DNA of 64,000 bases from Amphiscolops sp. MND2022 (Eukaryota), in contig OZ076409.1 in NCBI GenBank assembly GCA_964187785.1, forward strand, positions 14,758,001-14,822,000. The letters run 5' to 3'. A program made the translations under genes and the position numbers. Shown here one piece after another: positions 51,600-64,000 of this stretch; within the stretch, counting starts at the first letter, position 1; each line of letters starts with the position of its first letter. Under the pieces are notes generated by a model. The model was not told where the DNA came from and searched no databases. It saw only the letters and a program-made list of their open reading frames with translations.

Positions 51600-54500
51600 G
51601 TAGGGGTAGTACTCCGGGTATGAATGGTAGGTTGTTGTCACTAGGAGCCACCTGGTATCGATTACCGTCACAGGGGGCAGCCTGCAACATATCAATTAGC
51701 TTGAAATATCAGTAACATAAAATGAACAACGATTTGGCCTTCAGTAGATCACTACGGCGCATCGCAACAGTATCTGATGGTTTTGTTGTAATTTTTCATT
51801 CCAACACACCGTGTCAGATCTTTTAGATACGATGTGAATTAATCCAAGCAAACAACTCAATTTCCATTTCTGGTCGTAAAGTATGTACCATGGTCCACTT
51901 TGTAGAAACAAGTAGAATACCAGTAGAACTCTACAAACTTGACCAAACAATTCCACAAACTGGATGTCAAATTCTAACAGGCTGTACATCCCTAAATGTC
52001 ATTTTGTAGGTGGAACTGCGTTGTTTATTGTTACCATTGAATATTACGAAAGTTAGTGCAGTTGTTTTTACTCTTATTACAAGTTCGTGAGTTTCAGTTT
52101 CATTTGGTGAAGCGTTACAAAACACCTTGCTTAATTCCACAATTCCGAATTTCGATTTTGAGACACTGGCGTAATTTCAATACCTGACGTTAAGAAGTTA
52201 GACATATTGACGCAACCTAAAATGGGGAATTTTCGGTGTATGTACGCTTGCCGTCACCGTCGCACAGAACAGCTCCCAATAGATAGCCTCGGGATCTCCG
52301 TTCTCGCTATGTATTTGTTTGATAGATGTTTATCCTTCTAGTCTGAAGACAAAAGAGGCCATTGACTTTTGTTTCAGTTGTGTTCAAAGTTTTTCGAAAG
52401 TGGGTTAAATTGCAGTAAGAGATTTAGTGAATTCCTCAGCTGCTCTTTGAATTTTTTTACGCTAATCAACAAAGGCTCCATTTGTACTCTAGGTACAAAA
52501 TCTTTGCAAGTAACTTCTGTGGCCTATCAAACTGTCAAGAGTGTTTTCATTTCCAAGTGTCAAGCGTTTAGGTATGACCGTATGAAAATGTCTAGGCAGT
52601 AAAACACATTTCCGGGTGTATGTTATATTCGTCAATGAAACTAAGGGCAATTCGAAGTTTATTGGTTACTCAGACTTATTCGCCATAGATATAACACGAT
52701 TGAACCATTCAATTTCATAATTTCCTTTTTGTTCCACTATGTTGACATTTTGTAGGTGACCATTGACACAGTCACACAAGCTACTGTTGAAAAAGTGATG
52801 TTTTGGTTCATATCGCTGAAAACCGTCCATCAAAACCTCCGATTTGGCAGTGGCAGAAAAACCCGAGGTCTTGAACAACATCAACGGCGCGACTGTATTG
52901 TTGACTGAGAAAAATTTTCTACAACATTTTTCCTGGTTTCGTGTCTTGTTTGTTTCCTGTAGTTTGAATCTCCAGCAGTCGATCAACTCAAAATCGTTTT
53001 AACATTCATATTGGCCCTATTCAAAGCTGCCGTGTTCAATGAACTGTTTTCTTGAAAATCTTTCACAAGCTCCGTATTTCAACGCCTAATTTTTTTGAGG
53101 ACTGTTTTGTTTTCTTCTAAAGTGGTTTTGATTTCTTTTCAAGCAGTATGGACATCGTTACAATAGTCAGCTCTCCGGTCAACAGTTTGGAACATTATTT
53201 TCATCTAATCCCATTTTCTTATCAAAAAAATCATTTCATGTAGGAGGTATTGTTCTCTATTTCTTTCGGGTGATCGCCCAGGGATGTTGAAATTCTAAAC
53301 ACAGCATGGGGGTTAGCTGTGATTATTTCACCAGATGTATCAGTGTGATGTAGTTTATATGGTTCAGTGAGGTTGTCTGAATTATCGTCACATTCATGAC
53401 AGACGTTCCAATCACTTCGACAAACGTTGGCTAACCATTGTTCAAAATGATTGCATTCAACGGGGCTTCTGTGAACGAATAATGCCGCAGAAGTTGTTGT
53501 TAAGGGTAAGCCACAGAGAGTTCCTCTGGCATACAAGTAGCTAGCAAGGAATATGCCATGCAGTTCGTTCTCTACGCAATCGTTTCATAACTGTCTCGAG
53601 ATGAACACCCTGAAGTTTATATCTGCATTGTGTGGCAGATGAACAGTAGCGACCGAGAATGATAGTTTTCCATGATGGATATGGACCATACCGGAAATGT
53701 CGATTTTCGAACATTTTGATTTCACACCAAGTGACATTCGATTTCACGCCGTTGTTATTAGAAGTTTTCCGCGCTGTGCAACTTGGTGACGTGAAAAACG
53801 TACAGGACTTGAAGAAACTATCTTGAGTTAGGCTAGCTTTAGTTTCATTCAAAGTGGATCAAATGATCTGGTTTCCTTGATATAGTTGTTCAGAAGTGTT
53901 GGCTTAGCTGCTGATGCCACAGATAGGTTTCGATGAACGAAGGTATTTGGTTATTGTCACACACTGCACGTCATCACGCAGTCCCAAGTAAACGAGTCAA
54001 TTTTTGCTGATGAAAGGTGGGCTTGAGCAGGCGTCTTTGTTGGTATATATACTTTGGACGCATGATAAAATCACGTGTCACAGCTTGAATCAATCATTTG
54101 GTGACATTCATTGCAGTTCGCTCTTTTTCAGTAGCTTTTTCAACACTAGCGTGGTGGCCAGTGAATTGAACGTACAAAGAATTTCGGGAGGCTATGACAT
54201 AATTAAGCACTTAGTCCGGACGTTTAGCAATTACAGCAGCGTATGATGCGTATTCCTGACTCTTGTTTGAAATGTGTCCTGAAATTTGGTTGTTTTGGTA
54301 GAGAAATATATGTAGCGCTACATCAATGTCGGATTGCTTTATGCGAGTCGCTTGTAGCGGTATTCATTATAGTTTATGGTCACGTTTGGTAATCAAAGCG
54401 TTGTGCGTGTCAACACTTGTGAAGTCCTAAGCTAGAAGTTTGTTCAGGCTTCCATCAGAGAATTGAGATTCCTTTGGTGCGTCTCTACCCAGGTTGTCTA

Positions 54501-55845
54501 TCATGGCTCGTTCATGGAAAATCATCCATGATCATGGATTTTTCGACACATTACTTCTACTTCCATGGAAAATCATGGATTACCGATGGCAGGGCATGAC
54601 CTCATGGATCATCATCCATGATTTTGACCCATGATTCATCCATGATGAGCCATGTTGAAAATTTCGTTCAAAGTCGAAATATTCTCTTTTTGTGTCAGTT
54701 TTTGTCTCTACTTCTGTCTCTTGTTTCTGAGGGTTACCTTAATGGCCCGGGTAGCATTAAGGACGCTTTTCGACACCGGGTATCCTGAAGCCGCGAGATA
54801 GGTAAGAGTTTCGTTAGGTGGGTTTTTGGTGGTTTTGGGGATGGTTTTTGACGGAATTGCGGAAAAACGCGTCTTTTCATATCAATTTTGGAGAAAATGT
54901 AGAATTATTCTAGTTTGTATCTAGATCAATGCCTCGACCGATTTAGACCTTAATTCTGCAGTTATATGGTCTAACGGCCCGTTTCAAATTTTTCAGCCAT
55001 GGCTCATGGATTTCCATCCATGATTTATCCATGATTCATGGATTTCCATACATTGCCCATATCATGGGCCATGCCATGGCGAGCCATGAATCATGGATGA
55101 ATCATGGATGGCGGGCCATGGCGTGACAACCTGGGTACTCGACAGAGAGAACTTCGTTCAAATGGTTGTCGGTGTGCAGCAAGCGGTTTCCAGATCTCCA
55201 GTTGTTAGCTTTCCAACTGCTCCCGATTTTCCTGGAGTTTCATTTTCCAGATCATAGTTTCCTGTGATGGTTCTGAAAACGAATTGTAACTTTTATTGGT
55301 AAAAGATTTGGAAAAATGTATAAGAACTTTTTTAAGGTTGATGACGCTGTTCTGAATTCTCAACGGAGAGTTCGAGTCCATTTTGTGTGCAGTTTTTTGT
55401 ATATCATCAGATTCAGGTTGCCTCTGTTTGAAGGCATCAGTTCTACAATACTTTTCATGGAGCAAATCTTCGGCATAACTCCTTGTGCAACTTTAGGCAT
55501 TGAAGTAATCATTGCCGTAAGTTTCATGACACTAAGATACTCTAAAGGCAATAGGGGTTGCGCTGGTTACTTGTTCGATTTTGGTGTTAGGAGCCGAGAA
55601 TCTCGTTTGGTGTACTTCATTTGTTAGAAAGAATGTGTCACGGTTTTTGTTGAATCATTTCAGCCATGAAGTTGGAGCAGTTTCGTTGCGACTGTGAGAC
55701 ATTTTTGCAATACCAATGCTCTGAGTGTAAATCGACCATATCATTAACGTTACCCTCAGATTGGATGTTTAGCAACATGCACATACAATGAAGATGAGCA
55801 AATGAAGACTCAGGAAGCTACAAAATAAACATTTTTTGCACATGC
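51600..55845 (-). pseudogene. Possible heavily decayed envelope-like (gB-type) glycoprotein ORF
   Basis: Fragmentary motifs in a plausible order: hydrophobic start ~55840, FRVS.C, AW..C..VCQRNSLW, ATAKSEVLM..FNSSL, CFT..TFSYG..LTLGNENTL..TEVTC, hydrophobic segment ~51930. Confidence 0.35.
54488..55135. mobile_element. Non-autonomous EnSpm/CMC-like element (CCCAG ends) with CCATGG/TCATGG subterminal arrays
   Basis: TIR CCCAGGTTGTC / GACAACCTGGG flanked by TA. Confidence 0.8.
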
Positions 55846-56580
55846 GTCTGGCCGAATTTGTTTGATTGCTTACGTCTTGATTCGGATCGATTCTGCTAGA
55901 CTAGTCCGCGTAGCGTCCTGAATTGCTTGATGACAGTTGCAAGTTTTTTCCAACCAAAAAGAAATTTTAGGTTTTTGATCTCTTCAATATACCAAGGGTT
56001 CGTTTCCTTTCTGATAGATACTAACTGTCTCCATACTTAAGAAGCAGGAACCCCCGGGAGAATATTTCGTTTAGAGATTTTCCAGGTATGGGTCGTCTGA
56101 AATGAATGATGGCAATTCGGTCGCTGGATTTGAATTAAGCGAGGCTCTTAAATCATAATTTTATATGATCAATACGACTTAAGCTAGTGGAGTTGAACAA
56201 AATTTCAAAAAATGACCACACGAGAACGTTCAAATCGAAATATGCTGATGGGTTAAAATTACTAAAAATTTTTACAATTATTTGCAATAAATAATAACAA
56301 TGAAGTTGAAAACCCTGTGTGCCCCTTTTTATTTTCCGCCCATAAATAATATGAGAAAGGAAAATAATTCGATCAAATCGGCTTTTTTTACAAAATTTGA
56401 CAAGGAGCAAACTTATATTTAACTTTAAGGGTGTTACCCATAGAATTCAATTCACATAATTTTAAATTCGTGCGATCTGTATTTGTGGAGATTTCTGGAT
56501 TTTTCAGTTGACCCCAAGGACCCCAGAAAGGTCCGAAAACGAGAAAATTTGCAAAAAGTTTCAAATTGTTTTTAATGGAG

Positions 56581-57650
56581 ATTTTGTCCATTTTTCGATA
56601 AGTATCGTGAAGTAGAATGTTGAAAACGTTCAACCAGGCACAAACTCGCGGTCCAATAGTCTTCTATGAAAAGATACTTGCTGTTTTTCGAAAAAATATA
56701 TTTCAAATTGACACCGAAAATGACAACAAAAGAAACGCAAAATTCTCGAATTTCAACGTTTTTTATGCAATTTTAGTCCAATTTTCGATAAACTTCGTGA
56801 ATTAGAATAGTGAAAAGAGTAAACAAGGAGAGGGTTGTTTGTCCAGTAGTTTTTTATGAAGAGATAATTGCACTTGTAAAAATGAAATATGTCTCAAATT
56901 GACACCAAAGGTGACAAAAGTCTCAAAGTTTTCCAATTTTCAAAGTTTTAATGCATTTGTTGTCAAATTTTTGACAGAAGTCGTGGATTGGAATGTTGAA
57001 ACGGGTCAACAAGGAAAGAATGTGTTGTCTTGTATGCTTAGAGAAGAGATAAATGCAGTTTTTCAAATGAAATATGTCTGAAAAGGACATCGAAAAAGAC
57101 AAAACTTCATACGCTCTCCAATTTTCAACAATTTTGTTCGATTTTTGTCAACTTATCGATAATTTCGTGGACTCGAACGCTAAAAACCGTAAACGATACA
57201 AAAATGTGTTGTTTAAGTTAGCTTTCGTCAAGACATAAGTTCAATTTGTAACATAAAAATGCCTCAATTTGACTCTGAAATTGTGGAAAAAATTTGAAGT
57301 ATTTGTCGTTTTCGATGCTAATTTCGTACATATTCCGCAAAATTAGTAACAAGTTCCAACACAATCAACAACAAAAGAACGAGCATTTACTGAAGAGAAC
57401 GTTGAAGCGTTCTGCTTCAAAACCACTTCGGAATGGCTCGAAAATTTTCAACAATTTCACGTTTTTATGCAACTTTTGTGTACTTTTTGTATTGTTTTGG
57501 AGTCAGAACATTGGCAAACGTTTAGCAAAGATTAAACTCTCAATCCAGTAGGCTTTCAAAGAATTATTTTCAGCTTGCTGTTGGAAACTGGCTCAGAATT
57601 GACCGCAAAAAGTCGAAAGTGTCGAAATTTTCGAGGATTTTTGTCATTTT
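56581..57650 (+). repeat. Degenerate ~187-bp tandem array (4-5 units) with an inverted unit at ~58580-58680
   Basis: CAAATTGACACC-like anchors at ~56704, 56895, 57082 and 57266; reverse complement GGTGTCAATTTG at ~58606. Confidence 0.7.
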
Positions 57651-59169
57651 CAGTGAATTTTTCTTTAGGATTGGATAATGTCGGTAAGATAAAAGCTCTA
57701 AAAAATTCGAGATTATAAAACTGGGTCCTCAGCACTTTTTTGAAAGAGATATTGGCATATTTTTCGGCAGAAAAATTCTTCAGAATATCCCAAAAAATGC
57801 GAAAATGAGAATTTTCAAGTTTTACATTTACGGGGCAGTTTTTTGTACAACTTTTGAGCTACAATGTTGCTTAAAATGGTTCAAAAACTCAACAATGACA
57901 AATCGTGGTATCCAGTAGACAATTTTGGAAATATACCTGCAACTTTCTGTTGGAATGGGCCTACAAAACACTCCAAAAGTTATTAAATAACAAAAAAGCA
58001 CAATTTTTATCACAACTTTTGTTCCAGCTACGAAACTTTTTGTAGAGTGAAACTTCCATTGACCTAAGCGTTTAAGCAATGGGGGTTTGGGGAAAAAGAG
58101 GGATGAAGTTCATCGAGTTTACAAAAAAGGTGTCCAAGTTCTCGAATTTTCTAAATTTTCGACATTATGGACCAATTTTGGATACCTACTATTTTGGACA
58201 CTTTGCAAAAACTTATTTCAATCAGAAAACCCAAAACATCAGGATTGAAACGTGTTGCTACCGGTAGCGATTCGAAAAGATATCAGACAATTTCATTTGC
58301 GCAACTTTCAAATCCTTTATTTGAAAACCTGAAATTCGACGTTGTTTTTCAAATGTATAAAATCAATAAGCTCGAAGTAAAATCACTATATAAGGAGTAC
58401 ACCTTCCAGAGGAAAGTATTTCGAGCTTGTTGGGTTGTTTCCGAGTCTCAGACGAATTTCTTGGGGTAAGTACCTCTGAGAAAATAGTAAAAGTTTGAAA
58501 CTAGGTTCTTCGCAAGTTTACGAAACTTGAGCAGTCCCGGTTTGTTATATTATTGTACATAGTTTCATCAGTTGTCAAAAATTTGAAATTTTTGCCACAA
58601 CTTTGGGTGTCAATTTGAGGGACTTTTCTAACAGGAATCTACTGATATCTCTTCAATAAAAAGCTTACTGGACACCACGTTAAGTCGTTGCTGAATGTTT
58701 ACACCATTCTAGCCCACGAAGTGGAATCACAAAAATTCCAAAGGTTTGAAAGTTTTTCCGGTAAAGAACTATTATGGCGAAACAAGTTTCATCTGGGAAA
58801 ACCACTTTTCTCAAGCCTAAATCAGCTATGAAAACGAAGGGTACCGTTCGACCAAATGAAAGTTTCGGAAAGACGCACAGAGCCGAGAAAAACTGAAATG
58901 AGGTAGTTTCCAAAATCAATGAGAACTAATCAGTTCCACAAGATCAAAAATAACAAAGAGATCATCCTCAAGACGCGGGAAACTCATTTTCTCTACAGAA
59001 AACCTCGAAAATTGAAATTTGCGAAGAAAGCTTTTTGAAAATTATTTTCGAAAAATTATTTCGAAAATTTCTCTTTACTCGGTAAGTCGCATAGTGCCGA
59101 AAAAAAACGAAAAGTTGCCAGCTATCGCAGAAATAATATTAGGTGTTTCTTTTTAAAATGGGATAAGAT

Positions 59170-60050
59170 GAATCAAAGCTTTCTTTTCTTCGAACTACTT
59201 TGGGTTTTTACAGTGCATTGGTTATTCTTGTGCCTTAAATTTATGTAGTTGTAGAGCAGTTTGGGGCGGAAACTATCTCGCTGCTCAGCGGGCGTCTTGT
59301 ATTTCATCCAGTTGAGGCTGTATGTGTGCACTTTTTCAGATATTTGAGACCTAAGCTCCGGTGATGAGCCAACACTTGTGCGACTATCTGTATCAGGCCC
59401 ACATCAAAAAATGGTCCATCCGAAGATTTTTATTGCGTTTCTTGTCCGGCTGAGTTTCAGCTCATTTGACAGGTAACTTGCCAAAAATAATCATCCCATA
59501 CGTACGGAACGTGTGAGAGTGATGCTCTAAAATACATCAATGTGGCTTCGAAACCAACCCTATTTCGGGATTCTGCGGTGCGTGTATTGTTGTTTTCTCA
59601 GTTGAAGTTAGTGAAAACTTCAACAATTGTAGACTGTTCCAACATTCTGTGACATGATTTTTGTCGTAATAGGAGGAGTCGTTTGTCAATTTAACTTGCC
59701 TTCTCAATAAAACCTCTACTTTTTCAGTTGCAGTTTTGGTCGCTTGTCACTGTGCTTTGGATTTTTCATCGAATTTTTTGGTGCAAAAATAGTAATGGTT
59801 TTGAGTCATAGCTTTCATTCTTCGAGAGAAAAACAAATCTGCCACGAGATTTCCTTGCCCCAGATAAATGTATGAGTCAGAATTTCGTACTATTTGTTCC
59901 ATCGATGGTCAATATAAACCATCAGGTTTTTTGAATGAATGTTTATCCCAACTATTTTACAGGCGGTAGGTTGTTTACAAATGTGAAACTTACATTCATT
60001 ATGCTGTGTTTGATTACTTCAAAATGACATTCTTGAGAATTTCGTCTCGG
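59170..60050 (-). pseudogene. Possible RTE-like LINE 3' fragment
   Basis: DSYIYLGQ, a YG motif and a degenerate WA(G)..D segment; very decayed. Confidence 0.35.
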
Positions 60051-60169
60051 GATTCAGGTTTTTAACTTGAAAAAACAATTATATCTTTATTAAAAACAAA
60101 ATCATCTTGGTTTTAAAACAAAGCAGTAATTTCGCTATAAAATTCATGTTAATCATAAACATTGAAATG

Positions 60170-63100
60170 CCAGGGGTTTAATGAAATTTTAAATCTTTCC
60201 AACACTTTTTGTTATATTCGGGAAGGTTTATTTCGTTTTTGAATTTTTCAAGAAATAACATTTTCATTTTCGCTTTTATTGTTTGATATGATTGTGGTTC
60301 GGTTTTCAAATTTTTCGCGAGGGTGTTCCATATTGAGACCATTTTGCTGAAAAAGCTATTTTCAATAAAGATACTGTCTCTTCTGATATTGAGGTAGAAT
60401 TGATCCGTTCGTTTATGCTCTCTAAAAACAGCAGTAGTTGGTCTATTTTCATTCGTTAAAGAAAGAACCATGTTGTGACAGAACTTCCAAAAATTAAAGA
60501 TGATTTTAAATTCAAGAATTATTGTATAGGTAAAATATCATGTAAAAGTTTCAGACCCGCTGAGTGAACACATTTTCTCCTATTAAAACACACTTTAACC
60601 GCCCAGCTTAGTTGTTTTCCAAAGTTGTCATTAGATTTTCGGAAATTCCATTAAGCAAGATAGCAGAATATTGAACATGACTGTTTTCTCGGGAAATGAT
60701 TCACGTTTTGCGTATAATGTTTTGATTCCGCCTGCCATTTTTCAAAAGATTCTTCACTCATTTTGAAAAATTAGGTTCAGATCAAGAAAGACTCCAAGAA
60801 ATTTACCATAGTCCGAAAATTTGATTATTTCTTTTCTCACCAATTCTCGATTTTTCATTTGATTGTCTTTGAATGGTTTACAAAAAAGTATGAATTCTGT
60901 CTTATCTGCGTTGATAGTCAGTCTAATCCATTCAAAAAAGTGAACCAGTTTTCTGACAATTTCGAGATTTTGTATCGCTTGGTTTTGATCTAGATGGGCT
61001 AAATATATCATTGTATTATCAGCATATTGTACAAGTTGACAATTAGTAGAAACCGATTTTCTCATCCTATTGACGTAAATATTGAGAAGAGGACCCAATA
61101 CAGTGCATTGTGGAACACCTTGATATAATTGAATCTAATCCGATTTACCAGCGGTGAGCATCACTTTTTGATTACTATTTCTCATAACTTTCTATCGATG
61201 AGACTGCATGATTACCAGCAATTTGTCCAGCAAAATAGAGAAATTGATTCAAACGCTTTCGAAAGTTCCAAGAATGCAGCAGCAACTTTTTCGTTGTCAT
61301 TAAAGTTTTTTACGAATGTTCTCAGTAGCCTACAACAAAGCATTAACGGAAGATAAATTGTCACGGAACCCGAATTGAGAAGAAGCGAGTAGTTTGTTTC
61401 TGTTCAAATATTGAGTGATTTGGTCTCTCACGACTTTTTCAAAAATTTTAGACAGTGCAGGAGAAATAGACATCGGTCGAGAATTGTTAGATTCTTCGCA
61501 ATATCCTTTTTGAATATTGGAATAAAATAAGCTTGCTTCAAAGGGTTTGGGAATATTCCTTACTCCAGGAAAGCGTTAATCAGAAAAGCGAGTGGCTCAG
61601 CAGTTACGTTCATCGCATCTTTTGAAGCCCACGCAGGAATTTTCGATGGTCCTATAGGTTTATTGAATTTCAAGTTCTTGATCTGTTTTATACTTTCAAA
61701 TGGACTTTTGGGTTGAAACGTAAATTCCTTGTATTTGTTTACACTATCTAGCTGTGGAATATAGCTTTTATTTTTGCCTAGATAATTGCTCAAATGGGAA
61801 AAACGATAATTCAGTAAATTGGCAATTTGTAAATCATCAGTAACTAGATCACCCAAGCAATGTTTTAGGCTCGATATTGTTGCAGTTCTATTGGCGTTTC
61901 TGGTTTCGTTTATAAAGTTCCATTTATCATTTCCTGATGTCAAGCCATTGAAGTATTTAATTCTATGTTCCATCTCATTAGCGCCTAAATTATCGATGAA
62001 ATCATGTTTACGTGTTTCATAGGCAGCCTCGTTTGGGTTTGAGTTGGGGTTGATTTTTCTAAAATGTCTTTCTGTAGGTACATCTATCAAGCGCTTTCTC
62101 AATGATGTCGCAAAATATTTTGTACACCCCCTCAGCACAATCATTATAGAAACTACGCCAGTTAGCATTATTGATGTTGCCGAATACCTCTTTCGAATAA
62201 TTTGCTTTATCGAAAATTTCTTTCGTTATAACTTCTGATTTTGTTTTCATTTCTATCGTTGTAATGATTGAGGTACCTAGAAGATCATTATCTGTATTCT
62301 TCAGTGTTCTCAATGTTGTATGAGACACAACGGACTCAAAGGTTTCAGCAGGGGGAAGATCAGTGATAATATAATCGATCAAGGAGCTGGAATTTTCTTG
62401 TATCCTGGTTGGTTGGTTATCATTGATAACGCTGAGTCCATAGGAAACAATTACAATATCTAAGCATTGTTTTCATTGCCAATTGAGATAGTCAATATTA
62501 TTATCCCCATCAATGATATTGGCTTGTTTTCGGTAAAGTCAAAATCAATGCTTGTTAATAATTTAAGAAAGGAATTTTTGTTCAGACGAATAAGGTCCTT
62601 TCTTAATTTGGGATTAGTTGATTTTGGAACGATAAGCATTACTCCACCGCCTCTGTCTTTTAACATTGTTTCTCTATCCGATCGAAATGTTTTGAAAAGA
62701 CCTTTTTCCAATTCCCAGAAACTCTTACTATCCTCTGCTTTTAACCATGTTTCAGATAAACCGTATAGTGTTGTTGCCAAGATCCCTGACAAGATTTTGG
62801 ATTCGCTTTTTCTTTAGGACAATGCTTTGACAATTCACATGGAAAAACTTCAGTTTTTTGTTTCAGTAATAGAATTAAGGAACAAAATGTATTCAGGACC
62901 TTTTTGAACACTTTCAACAGTTGTCCTGGTTTCAACCCATAAGTTTTTTGTTTTATTCGAAATGTTTGATGAGTTTTATTTGATGTAAAATAGGAGCAGG
63001 TAGCGATAGGGAGACAACATAGTTTTTCATCATCTTTGTTGCGAGGCGAGATAGCACCTAAAATCAAAAGCAACAAGATGAACATAGTAGGGGTCAATTG

Positions 63101-63810
63101 ATTGATTGAACTAATATTCAGTCAGGTCCAAAATTCAAAATCTTCGATTGAAACAATCTACATAATGGTAAGTTTGTTTGAGATACTACGTGTTAGCCAA
63201 AGAATTGTTATATTGGTGTTGTTGGTAGCAAGGAAAGAAATCTTGTTGTGATTTCATCAAGGGGAGTCCATAAAAGGTGACCAACAGAGCAGTTAAGAAA
63301 TTTGGAAAAATGGCAGGCCAATTCTGTAATTCAGGTGGATATCATCATAGTTGTTGCAATTAGGAACTTTCTGTAATAATTGGGCTACAGGTGGATGTTT
63401 GATTGTAACATTCAGGTCGTTCCACTGGATAAAACAAGATAACAAATTATTGAATTCTTTGATGCGTTCATTTTCATCACGATACCGGTCATTATCTCTC
63501 ATGGGAAGCACTTCACAAAGTAGTCAATATGCAGGTTGAAATTTCCACTGCACATTTTTCACCAGCTCAATATATTTGCCGAAAAGTTCTGCTACTTCAG
63601 AGGTTTTCCTTTTCAAAATAGAATTGGTTCTATCTTGTAACACTACAGTTTTAAGCTTTCTGTCTGGATATTTTTCCAAAACTGCCAATTTTTCAGCAGT
63701 AGTAGAGCCACGATATCCATGGATGGCTACATCTTGAGGAATACTTTTCGAACTTCTCAAAATCGAAAATGAAAAAAAAATCATTTTATCGGACGACAAA
63801 TATAAATATC
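60170..63810 (-). mobile_element. Near full-length decayed CR1/L2-type LINE: SGNH-esterase ORF1 (~63290-63800) and APE-RT ORF2 (~60178-62850)
   Basis: ORF1: GYRGST, VVLQDRTNSI, DDIHLN. ORF2: GLSETWL, RSDR..RGGGVML, IDYII, KPIGPSKIP, GVPQ..GPLL, QYADN, FLGVFLD. Many frameshifts. Confidence 0.9.
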
Positions 63811-64000
63811 TCCGTAAGGTATGAAATGCAATTTCAACATCAAATACAGGCGCAAAATGAAAACAATTGTTCTTCGAGTTTGCACCCTACCAACTAAAAT
63901 ACATTAATCGATTGCATCAACCAACGTTAAGGTAAAGCAAAATTGTCGTCTTGCTCAGTCAATGAGATGAAAATTCTTGGTATCATGTTTCGGCGCTAAA

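Overview
Repeat-rich metazoan (probably invertebrate) genomic DNA with one 200-N gap. The centre is a full-length Ty3/Gypsy LTR retrotransposon of about 19.3 kb (14683-33944, + strand), disabled by stops and frameshifts. It has two ~730-bp LTRs, a tRNA-Arg PBS, a PPT, gag and PR-RT-RH-IN pol. Its unusual cargo is a degenerate second protease copy, a dUTPase-like insert, two TARG1/OARD1-like macrodomains at the end of a long integrase extension, and a separate ~4.1-kb ORF3 with an SGNH-hydrolase-like domain instead of a recognisable env. Left of it are two host-like genes. One is a secreted cystine-knot (IL-17/trunk-like) ORF with an in-frame TGA. The other is a very divergent POU-homeodomain gene that can be spliced in frame to a MATE/SLC47 first-exon fragment. 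The rest is Helentron-like elements, several MITE families (three share one internal core), a deleted hAT, decayed CR1/L2-, RTE- and other LINEs, a 3x1.58-kb tandem array, a nested 1.09-kb/5.58-kb duplication, a ~187-bp satellite and a possible decayed gB-like envelope ORF. All protein assignments were made by eye from motifs; no searches were run.
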